A stretch of DNA of 32,000 bases from Xanthomonas campestris pv. campestris str. ATCC 33913 (GTDB taxonomy: Bacteria; Pseudomonadota; Gammaproteobacteria; Xanthomonadales; Xanthomonadaceae). A program made the position numbers and the translations under genes. The notes beneath the pieces were generated by a model. It was not told where the DNA came from and did no database searches. It worked only from the letters and a program-made list of their open reading frames with translations. Below, piece after piece: positions 18,081-24,953 of this stretch. Position 1 is the stretch's first letter; every line of letters begins with the position of its first letter. Where the stretch lies: the NCBI RefSeq assembly GCF_000007145.1, contig NC_003902.1:4586497-4618496 (forward strand), written 5' to 3'.

Positions 18081-19655
18081 ATGTCAGGATCTGAAGTGAA
18101 GCGGCACCGCATCATCAGCGTCACCGTGCTGCTTGCCCTGCTGTGTGCGGCGCTTCCCACCGGCGTGTCGTATTACCTGGCGTGGCGGTTGGCGCTCACG
18201 CGCGAGCAGGCCGAGTTGAGCCGGCTGGCCGAATTGTCGATCCGCCGCACCGACACCGCCTTCGACGAGGCGCATGGCGCGCTGCTGAGCATGGCCGCAT
18301 CGACGCTGCCCTCCTGTTCGCCCGCGCACCTGGCGCAGATGCGCGCGCTGGTGCTGAGCAGCCACCACATCGTTGAACTCGGCCATTTCCAGCAAGGTCA
18401 GCTGCGCTGCACCTCGTGGGGCACGCTGGACGCGGCAGTGCCACAGACGCCTGCGGACTTCACGGTCGCGCGCGGGATCGCCGTAACCACCCGCCTGCTC
18501 ACGCTGGCCAGCCCGCAGCACCCGGTGATGGCCCTGCACCTGGGCGACTACAACGTCCTGATCAACCCCTCCACGCTCACCGACATCAATGTTCCGCCCG
18601 GCCTGCAGTTGGCGATCGGCACGCCGGCCGGGCAGATCCTCAGCAGCACCGGCACCGCCGCCGAACAGTTGCTGCAGGGGCAGGCGCTGGCGGCCACCTC
18701 GCATGCCGCACCGGCCTCGGAAGTGCTGTCCGGGCGGGCGCGGCGCGGCGATTGGGTGGCCGTGGTCACCGAGCCGGCCGCCTATCTGCGCGGGCCGCTG
18801 GCGGCCTTGCGCCTGCAGCTGCTGCCGGTCGGCATCCTGGTGGCGCTGTTGCTGGTGGGCGCGGTGGTGTGGGTGTCGCGGCGGCGCCTGTCCCCGCTGG
18901 CGCGGCTGGAGATCGCCGTGCAGCGTGGCGAGTTCGTGGTGCACTACCAACCGATCATCGCGCTGGACAGCGGCGACTGCGTGGGCGCCGAAGCCCTGGT
19001 GCGCTGGCAGCAGCCCGGCGGCGCGCTGGTGCCGCCGGATGACTTCATCCCGTTGGCCGAGCACAGTGGGTTGATCCTGCCGATCACCGACCTGGTGGTG
19101 GCCGAAGTCATCCGCGACCTCGGCCCGATGCTGGCGGCCGACCGCTCCCTGCACGTGGCCATCAATGTCTCGGCCGGCGATATCAAGAGCGGCCGCGTGC
19201 AGAGCGTGCTGGCCGATGCATTGGCCGGCACCGGCGTGGACAGCGGGCAACTGTGGGTAGAAGCGACCGAGCGCAGCCTCATGGATATCGATGCGGCGCG
19301 CACCACGATCATGCATCTGCGCGGCGCCGGCCACACCGTGTCCATCGACGACTTCGGCACCGGCTATTCGAGCCTGCAATACCTGCAGGGGTTGCCGCTG
19401 GACGCGTTGAAGATCGACAAATCCTTCGTGGACACCATCGGCACGCACTCGGCCACCAGCGCGGTGACCTCGCACATCATCGAAATGGCCAAGACCCTGC
19501 AGTTGCGCACCATCGCCGAAGGCGTGGAGCGGCAGGAGCAACTGGATTATCTGCGCGCCCACGGCGTGGACCTGGCGCAGGGCTGGCTGTTCTCGCGCGC
19601 CTTGCCGGCTGCGGGGTTCATCGCCTATCGCAATGCGCTGCGGCGGACTGGCTGA
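18081..19655 (+). CDS. Membrane-bound c-di-GMP phosphodiesterase: CSS-motif periplasmic sensor domain + EAL domain
   Basis: The gene is 524 aa from ATG 18081. It has TM1 IISVTVLLALLCAALPTGVSYYLAW, a periplasmic segment with paired Cys contexts (PSCSP, LRCTSWG), and TM2 LLPVGILVALLLVGAVVWV. The EAL domain follows (YQPI, GAEALVRW, DDFGTGYSSLQYL, KIDKSFV, AEGVE). This architecture resembles E. coli PdeB/C/D/G/N. Confidence 0.88.
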   Translation: MSGSEVKRHRIISVTVLLALLCAALPTGVSYYLAWRLALTREQAELSRLAELSIRRTDTAFDEAHGALLSMAASTLPSCSPAHLAQMRALVLSSHHIVELGHFQQGQLRCTSWGTLDAAVPQTPADFTVARGIAVTTRLLTLASPQHPVMALHLGDYNVLINPSTLTDINVPPGLQLAIGTPAGQILSSTGTAAEQLLQGQALAATSHAAPASEVLSGRARRGDWVAVVTEPAAYLRGPLAALRLQLLPVGILVALLLVGAVVWVSRRRLSPLARLEIAVQRGEFVVHYQPIIALDSGDCVGAEALVRWQQPGGALVPPDDFIPLAEHSGLILPITDLVVAEVIRDLGPMLAADRSLHVAINVSAGDIKSGRVQSVLADALAGTGVDSGQLWVEATERSLMDIDAARTTIMHLRGAGHTVSIDDFGTGYSSLQYLQGLPLDALKIDKSFVDTIGTHSATSAVTSHIIEMAKTLQLRTIAEGVERQEQLDYLRAHGVDLAQGWLFSRALPAAGFIAYRNALRRTG

Positions 19656-19675
19656 GCGTCGGATCGCTGATCTGC

Positions 19676-19744
19676 TAGTTGAGTCGTTGAGTCGTTGAGT
19701 CGTTGGGTCGTTGGGTCGTTGGGTCGTTGGGTCGTTGGGTCGCC
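19676..19744. repeat. Octanucleotide microsatellite: GAGTCGTT x3 then GGGTCGTT x4-5
   Basis: Perfect period-8 tandem units start 21 nt after the EAL stop codon. There are two unit variants, arranged in blocks. Confidence 0.95.
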
Positions 19745-19869
19745 AATCAGCAGACAGGCTGCGCGCTGCAAAACTACCTCGTGCGTCTCATGCACTTGCA
19801 TGCGCTCCGCAAGCATCGGTTCGTGCCTCGCCATACCCATCACGCCGTCGCTTCCAGCCAGTCACCAGA

Positions 19870-19960
19870 TGACGGTGACGGCGCAGGGCTGGCTGTTCGC
19901 GCGCGCATTGCCGGCGGCGGATTCATCGCCTACCGCAATGCACTGCAGCGGACTGGCTGA
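19870..19960 (+). pseudogene. Decayed duplicate of the last ~27 codons of the EAL gene (gene-tail fragment with frameshift)
   Basis: 19880-19960 aligns with 19574-19655 at about 90 percent identity by eye (AQGWLF.RALPAA..FIAYRNAL.RTG*). A 1-nt deletion splits the remnant across two frames (ORFs 19695..20027 and 19703..19960). No upstream EAL domain is present. Confidence 0.75.
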
Positions 19961-19970
19961 TCGCTGTAGC

Positions 19971-20034
19971 GCTAATCGGCTATTCGGCTATTCGGCTATT
20001 CGGCTAGTTGGATCGTTGGATCGTTAGGTCGCGA
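19971..20034. repeat. Second octanucleotide microsatellite: GCTATTCG x3-4 then GATCGTTG x2
   Basis: Period-8 units follow the duplicated gene tail. The distal units (GCTAGTTG GATCGTTG ... GGTCGC) are homologous to the edges of the first array. Confidence 0.9.
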
Positions 20035-20262
20035 TCAGCGGACATGCTGCGCGCTGAAATAGCGACGCAACAGTTGTTACGCATTACCGCATGCACTCCA
20101 ACGCAACCGCCCTTCCGTCCCGGCGACATCGCATCACATCGCGGTTCCAAGCAAAGCCGACAGCGATGGCGCGAGCCCTGCCACACCTGTTTCTGTTGTA
20201 CGTGCCAACGAGCGCAGCTGCTCCTCAATACGGTCAGCCAAACAGTTGCGCACCCCACAAAC

Positions 20263-20298
20263 ATGATCGGCCTGCCGCACGCGCGACAGGCCGATCAT
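20263..20298 (-). terminator. Candidate terminator hairpin downstream of the desaturase gene
   Basis: ATGATCGGCCTG-N12-CAGGCCGATCAT forms a perfect 12-bp stem starting 20 nt after the stop codon. The minus-strand tail GTTTGTGGGG is only weakly U-rich. Confidence 0.45.
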
Positions 20299-20317
20299 CT
20301 GCATCAGGTCGCAAGCC

Positions 20318-21439
20318 TCAGGCGCGTTGCAGTGCGCCGTCGCTCTGGCGTACCGGTGCCGGGCGGCTCGGGAAGGCGTGCCGCACGATCCGCCACATCA
20401 CCTGGCCGAACTGACGCGGCAGCGAGCCGGTGTTGTAGTGCTGGCCGTAGCGCGCGCAGATCTGCTTCACTTCGACCGCGATCTGCGCATAGCGATTGGC
20501 CGGCAGGTCGGGATAGAAGTGGTGTTCGATTTGATGGCTCAAGTTGCCCGACAGCACATTCATCAGCTTGCCGCCGGTAAGGTTGGACGAACCACGCAGC
20601 TGACGCAGATACCAGTGACCACGCGACTCGTTGCGGATCGATTCTTTCGGGAACACTTCCGCATCGGCGGTGAAGTGGCCGCAGAAGATGATCACGAAGG
20701 TCCAGATGCTGCGCAGCATGTTCGCGGCCAGGTTGCCCAGCAGCACGGTCAGGAAGAACGGGCCGGCCAGCAACGGAAACACGATGTAGTCCTTGAGCAT
20801 CTGGCGGCCCATCTTGCGGCCGACCGGCAGGAACGACGCGCGCAATTCGGCGGCCTTCATCTTGCCGGCGAACCAGCGGCCCAGGCGCAGGTCCTGGATC
20901 GCCACGCCCCATTCGAACAGCAGCGCGAACACCACCGCGATGAACGGCTGCAGCAGGTAGAACGGGCGCCAGCGCTGCTCGGGGAAGATGCGCAACAGGC
21001 CGTAGCCGATGTCGTCATCCATGCCACGCACGTTGGTATAGGTGTGGTGCTTGAAGTTGTGGGTCTTGCGCCAGTTGTCGCCGGTGGCAACGATGTCCCA
21101 CTCGTAGGTGTTGCCGTTGAGCTGCGGGTCGCCCATCCAGTCGTACTGGCCGTGCATGACGTTGTGGCCCAACTCCATGTTCTCCAGGATCTTGGACAGG
21201 GTCAGCAGCACCACGCCGACGATCCACGCCGGGATCAACACGCTGTGTACGAAGGCGCCCAGGAACAGCAGCGCCCGGCCGGCCACGCCGGTCCAGCGCA
21301 CGGCCGCGACGATGCGGCGGATGTAGCGCGCGTCGGCGGCGCCGACCTGGGTCAGCACGCGGGCACGGACGGCATCGAGCTCGTCGCCGAAGGACTGCAA
21401 TTCGGCGGCGGACAGGGCGCGGTTATGGACTCGGCTCAT
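20318..21439 (-). CDS. Membrane fatty acid desaturase (acyl-CoA/acyl-lipid desaturase, Pseudomonas DesB-like by context)
   Basis: The 373-aa protein has three His boxes (HNVMHGQY, HNFKHHTYTN, HQIEHHFYPDLP) and hydrophobic helices between them. AAGGAA sits just upstream of the ATG and overlaps the stop of the reductase gene. Confidence 0.88.
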   Translation of the reverse strand: MSRVHNRALSAAELQSFGDELDAVRARVLTQVGAADARYIRRIVAAVRWTGVAGRALLFLGAFVHSVLIPAWIVGVVLLTLSKILENMELGHNVMHGQYDWMGDPQLNGNTYEWDIVATGDNWRKTHNFKHHTYTNVRGMDDDIGYGLLRIFPEQRWRPFYLLQPFIAVVFALLFEWGVAIQDLRLGRWFAGKMKAAELRASFLPVGRKMGRQMLKDYIVFPLLAGPFFLTVLLGNLAANMLRSIWTFVIIFCGHFTADAEVFPKESIRNESRGHWYLRQLRGSSNLTGGKLMNVLSGNLSHQIEHHFYPDLPANRYAQIAVEVKQICARYGQHYNTGSLPRQFGQVMWRIVRHAFPSRPAPVRQSDGALQRA

Positions 21440-21448
21440 GAGGGTTCC

Positions 21449-22525
21449 TTACAGATCCAGGATCAGGTCGGTGCTGGCGGCGCTGATGCACAGGCGTACC
21501 TGTGCGGTGGGTTCGCTGCTGCGCTCGCCGGTCAGCAGGTGCCGCGTGGTGCCGGACTGGCGCGCACACGCGCAGCTGTTGCAGATGCCCATGCGGCAGC
21601 CGTGTTTGGGACGCAGGCCCTGGGCTTCCAGCCCTTCCAGCAGCGACTGGCCGCGCGAAAGGGTCAGCGTACGGCCGCTGCGTGACAGCTGGACCTGCAC
21701 TTGGCCGGCTTCGCCGTCGTCCAGTACCGGCACGCTGAAGGCTTCGGCCTGGAATCGGGCAACACGGTCCTGCAAGCGCGCGCGCGCGGCCTGCACGAAA
21801 CCGCCCGGCCCGCAGGCCATCACATGCCGGTCCTGCAGGGCGGTGACCTGCTCCAGCGGGAAGCTGTCGATCCGCGGCGCAGGTGCGGCGCCTTCGCGGG
21901 TGGTGAGCAGTTGCGCGCGCAGGCGTGGATGCGCGGCCGCCAGCGCTTCGAATTCGTCCAGAAAGCAGGCCTCGTCGCGCTGGCGCACCCAATACAGCAG
22001 GTCCACGTCCATCGGCATGCCTGCCGCAGCGGCGGCCTGCAGCAGCGCGCGCATCGGCGTGATGCCGCTGCCAGCTGCCAACAGCAACAGAGGTGCGGGC
22101 GTTGTGGGCAGCAGCATGTCGCCGAAGGCCGGATCCAGCGAGACCACCGCACCCAGCGGCGCCTCACCGGCCAGATACGTGCTGACCAGCCCGCCGGTGA
22201 TCGCCTTGACGGTGATCGCCAGGCGGCCGTCGGCCAGCACCGTGGGGCTGTAGCTGCGCAGCAGGCGGCGGCCGTCGATTTCCACGCCGATGCTGACGTG
22301 CTGGCCGGCCTGCAGGCCCTGCCAATGCCCATTGGGCTGGAACAGCAAGGTCACTGCATCCCGGCTGGCTGGCGTGCGTGCGACCAGCCGCGCCATCGGG
22401 CGCTCCAGGGTCCACAACGGGTTGATCCGGGTCGCCCAGAAGTCGAACAGCTGGGGCGACACCAGCCGGCGCGCCAGGCGCGTGGGCAGCGGGGACTTGG
22501 GCATGCGAGCAGGAGCCGAGTTCAT
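21449..22525 (-). CDS. Ferredoxin-NADP-reductase-like oxidoreductase with C-terminal 2Fe-2S ferredoxin domain (DesC-like partner of the desaturase)
   Basis: It has an FAD-binding RLLRSYSP motif, an NAD-binding LLAAGSGITPM motif and a C-terminal CRMGICNSCAC cluster motif. The start is uncertain: ATG 22525, ATG 22504 or GTG 22543, none with a clear RBS. Confidence 0.85.
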   Translation of the reverse strand: MNSAPARMPKSPLPTRLARRLVSPQLFDFWATRINPLWTLERPMARLVARTPASRDAVTLLFQPNGHWQGLQAGQHVSIGVEIDGRRLLRSYSPTVLADGRLAITVKAITGGLVSTYLAGEAPLGAVVSLDPAFGDMLLPTTPAPLLLLAAGSGITPMRALLQAAAAAGMPMDVDLLYWVRQRDEACFLDEFEALAAAHPRLRAQLLTTREGAAPAPRIDSFPLEQVTALQDRHVMACGPGGFVQAARARLQDRVARFQAEAFSVPVLDDGEAGQVQVQLSRSGRTLTLSRGQSLLEGLEAQGLRPKHGCRMGICNSCACARQSGTTRHLLTGERSSEPTAQVRLCISAASTDLILDL

Positions 22526-22552
22526 GGGGTGCACTATACGCACGCATGCACA

Positions 22553-22576
22553 GACGTGTATACAGTTGTATATCGA
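22553..22576. promoter_or_regulatory. Candidate operator in the reductase/TetR divergent intergenic region
   Basis: TGTATA is directly repeated 10 bp apart (22557-22562 and 22567-22572), and the first copy forms the GTATAC palindrome. It is the only AT-rich patch in the 76-94 bp intergenic region. Confidence 0.3.
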
Positions 22577-22618
22577 CCAGAGGGGCTATGATTCAGGCCC
22601 ACGCCCGGCTGCTGCCTC

Positions 22619-23266
22619 ATGACCTCCATCGCCCTGCCATCCCACGACGCGCCGCCGTCACGCAAGCCGGCGATTTCACGCGAGGACCTGATCGCCGCGG
22701 CGTTGTCATTGATTGGCCCGCACCGCAGCCTGTCCACGCTGAGCCTGCGCGAAGTGGCCCGTGAGGCCGGCATCGCGCCGAACAGCTTCTACCGCCAGTT
22801 CCGCGACATGGACGAGCTCGCCGTGGCGCTGATCGATCTGGCCGGGCGCTCGCTGCGCACCATCATCGGCCAGGCACGGCGGCGGGCGACCTCCACCGAC
22901 CGCAGCGTGATCCGGGTGTCGGTGGAAACCTTCATGGAACAGCTGCGCGCCGACGACAAGCTGCTGCATGTGCTGCTGCGCGAGGGTGCGGTGGGCTCGG
23001 ATGCCTTCAAGCAGGCGGTGGAACGCGAGCTCAGCTATTTCGAAGACGAGCTGCGCGTGGACCTGATCCGCCTGGCCGCTGCCGATGGCGCCACGCTGCA
23101 TGCGCCGGCGCTGGTCTCCAAGGCGATCACCCGGCTGGTGTTTGCGATGGGCGCCACGGCGATGGACCTGCCGCCGGAGAAAGATCCCGAGCTGGTCGAA
23201 CAGATCTCGCAGATGCTGCGCATGATCCTCACCGGCGCACGCACGCTGGGCTCGCACGGCCACTGA
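22619..23266 (+). CDS. TetR-family transcriptional regulator, FabR/DesT-like
   Basis: The 215-aa protein has an N-terminal HTH (LSLREVAREAGIAPNSFYRQFRDMDELAVAL) resembling FabR/DesT. It is divergent from the desaturase-reductase operon, as desT is from desCB in Pseudomonas aeruginosa. Confidence 0.85.
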   Translation: MTSIALPSHDAPPSRKPAISREDLIAAALSLIGPHRSLSTLSLREVAREAGIAPNSFYRQFRDMDELAVALIDLAGRSLRTIIGQARRRATSTDRSVIRVSVETFMEQLRADDKLLHVLLREGAVGSDAFKQAVERELSYFEDELRVDLIRLAAADGATLHAPALVSKAITRLVFAMGATAMDLPPEKDPELVEQISQMLRMILTGARTLGSHGH

Positions 23267-23629
23267 GTTTGCGGGACGGCGGGTGATTCCTTGTCGGCAC
23301 GCTGGAGTGCGTGCGCCATTGCCGCTGTGGTGCGCCACGGGTATCCCTGCGCGACTGCGTGCTTAGTCGCCTACAAACCGTTGATGCGTACTGGTGCATG
23401 CATTCAAGCGGCACCGCGACGCGTTGCTCACAGTGCGACCAGCTGTCGCGATTGGGCTGCGTTGAGCGCGCGCCCAGCGCGTCTCTCGCACGCCTGCCGA
23501 GGTCGCCGTTGCATCAATGGCCAAACACGCATGCGCACCGTCGCCACCCAGTGAGCATGCCCGCACATACCACTGCGTGATTCACGGCGTCTCGGCGGGC
23601 CGCGCCCTAGCGTCGGCTACCCGCTTGCC

Positions 23630-24301
23630 TTGCCGCTGCCCATGCCTGCGCACCGCATCCCTTCTGCGCCCACCACTCCATTGGCCAAACCGGTGGACAC
23701 CGTGCCCAGCGGCACCTTGACCGCGCTGCGAGCGCAGGCACAGGACTGCCGTCGCTGCGATCTCTGGAAGCCGGCCACTCAGGTTGTATTTGGCGCCGGC
23801 CCTGCCCGCGCGCCGTTGATGATCATTGGCGAACAGCCCGGGGACCAGGAAGACCAGCAGGGCCGCCCGTTCGTGGGCCCGGCCGGCCAGTTGCTGGGCA
23901 CGCTGATGGCCGACGCGGGCCTGGATCCGGCGATGGCCTACGTCACCAACACGGTCAAGCATTTCAAGTTCGTCCCGCGCGGCAAACGCCGGCTGCATCA
24001 GCGCGCCACTGCCGGCGAACAGGCCGCGTGCCGGCCATGGTTGGCCGCCGAACTGTTGCGGGTACGCCCACGCATTGTGCTGGCGCTGGGCGCGATGGCG
24101 GCGCAAACCCTGTTCGGTAACGCGTTTCGATTGACCACCGAACGCGGGCAATGGCGCGCGCTGGATGGCCGCACCACTGCGCTGGCAAGCTGGCACCCGT
24201 CCGCCATCCTGCGCATGCGTGAGCCCGATCGCACCGCCACGCGCGCGCTGCTGCGAGAGGATCTGGCCCAGGTCGCGGCCGCACTGGATAACCTCCGATG
24301 A
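23630..24301 (+). CDS. Family-4-related uracil-DNA glycosylase superfamily protein of the UdgX type
   Basis: The 223-aa protein has motif A GEQPG (23828-23842) rather than GE(A/G)PG. It has VKHFKF followed by an insertion carrying KRRLH (23984-23998), and motif B WHPSAILR. Fe-S Cys contexts are CRRCDL and ACRPW. It is co-linear with M. smegmatis UdgX as recalled (GEQPG ... VKHFKF...GGKRRIH ... HPSSLLR). Confidence 0.82.
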   Translation: MPLPMPAHRIPSAPTTPLAKPVDTVPSGTLTALRAQAQDCRRCDLWKPATQVVFGAGPARAPLMIIGEQPGDQEDQQGRPFVGPAGQLLGTLMADAGLDPAMAYVTNTVKHFKFVPRGKRRLHQRATAGEQAACRPWLAAELLRVRPRIVLALGAMAAQTLFGNAFRLTTERGQWRALDGRTTALASWHPSAILRMREPDRTATRALLREDLAQVAAALDNLR

Positions 24302-24310
24302 TGCCCGGAG

Positions 24311-24333
24311 ATAATCGGCTCGATTATTTTTTT
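24311..24333 (+). terminator. Candidate intrinsic terminator of the UdgX-like gene
   Basis: ATAATCG-GCT-CGATTAT forms a 7-bp AT-rich stem followed by seven T residues. It starts 10 nt after the stop codon. Confidence 0.5.
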
Positions 24334-24344
24334 GCATAAAGTCC

Positions 24345-24602
24345 TTGCACAATAAAAACAACACGGGTAATGTTCGCGCCCTCGGCAGGTACGTCCTGCA
24401 CTTTTTGGATTCCCGCGCAGATGACCATTCATCTCCCCAGCAAACAGGACCGACTGCAACGCGCCAACCGCGTTCCGCAGACGCGTGTCGCCGTGCTGGC
24501 AGCGCGGATGCACACCTTCGATTGATCTTCAGCCACAGGAGATCGGTCACCCGATCTCCGAGGCTTGCGAACGCCCTCGGATGCTGCATCCGGGGGTTTT
24601 TT
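24345..24602 (+). ncRNA. Candidate small RNA or small-protein transcript bounded by a promoter-like element and a strong terminator
   Basis: A promoter-like element reads TTGCAC (24345-24350), N17, TAATGT (24368-24373). Internal hairpins are GCAGG-TACGT-CCTGC (about 24387-24401) and GGAGATCGG-TCAC-CCGATCTCC (24538-24559). The terminal terminator is at 24574-24602. A 34-codon ORF (24421-24525, MTIHLPSKQDRLQRANRVPQTRVAVLAARMHTFD) has no clear RBS. I matched no known RNA family by eye. Confidence 0.35.
24574..24602 (+). terminator. Strong intrinsic terminator
   Basis: CCCTCGGATG-CTG-CATCCGGGGG forms a 10-bp stem (one G-U pair) followed by TTTTTT. Confidence 0.85.
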
Positions 24603-24650
24603 CGTTATGCGTTCGCTCAACAGGTTCGTGCGGCTGATCGCCAAAGACAC

Positions 24651-24884
24651 CCGGGCAGGGAACGCCCGGCAACACGGAAGTTGCAGTGCTGCGAGGCGCG
24701 CAAGCGCTGTGCCCAGGTGTCGGGCACGGGCGGCAGACGATCATGCGTACACATGGATTATCGTTCCTAAAGAACGGTAATCAGAAACGATGCAGAACGG
24801 TTTCCAGCGGTCTGGAGTTTATTCCAGCTGGTGTGCGCGGCGTGCCGTGGCATATACCGGAAACCCCGATGCAGTTTCTGACAC
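24651..24884 (+). ncRNA. Hairpin-dense non-coding leader preceding the tRNA-like elements
   Basis: The hairpins are CCGGGC-AGGGAAC-GCCCGG (24651-24669), GCGC-GCAA-GCGC (24696-24707), GTGCCC-AGGTGTC-GGGCAC (24709-24727) and GATTATCGTTC-CTAAA-GAACGGTAATC (24756-24782). A long-range pair is formed by AGAAAC (24783-24788) with GTTTCT (24874-79). It encloses GGTTTCC (24799-24805) paired with GGAAACC (24859-24865), and CTGGA-GTTTAT-TCCAG (24812-24827). No plausible ORF is present. Confidence 0.3.
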
Positions 24885-24953
24885 CGGATGTCGGCTCCTG
24901 GTAGGAGCGGTGGCGTCAGCCACAGGGTCGGTTCGATTCCGGCACATCCACCA
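24885..24953 (+). ncRNA. tRNA-like element 1 (acceptor, D-arm, T-arm, ACCA end; anticodon loop replaced by a tetraloop)
   Basis: The acceptor is GGATGT (24886-91) paired with ACATCC (24944-49), followed by A and CCA. The D-arm is GCTC-CTGGTAG-GAGC. The T-arm is GTCGG-TTCGATT-CCGGC. The central arm is GTGGC-GTCA-GCCAC (4-nt loop), with a 3-nt variable region. The total is about 68 nt, so it cannot present a normal anticodon. Confidence 0.55.

Noticed and set aside
18084-19562. A 492-aa minus-strand ORF opposite the EAL gene
   Set aside because: It is a shadow ORF of the CSS-EAL gene, whose EAL motifs are clear. It has no motifs of its own.
19676-20034. Possible CRISPR array suggested by the regularly repeated short sequences
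   Set aside because: The period is only 8 bp, the units are contiguous, and there are no spacers. No cas genes are nearby. These are microsatellites.
20327-22591. Plus-strand ORFs 20327..21685 and 21701..22591
   Set aside because: They lie antisense to the desaturase and the reductase, both of which carry diagnostic His-box, FAD, NAD and 2Fe-2S motifs. These are GC-rich shadow frames.
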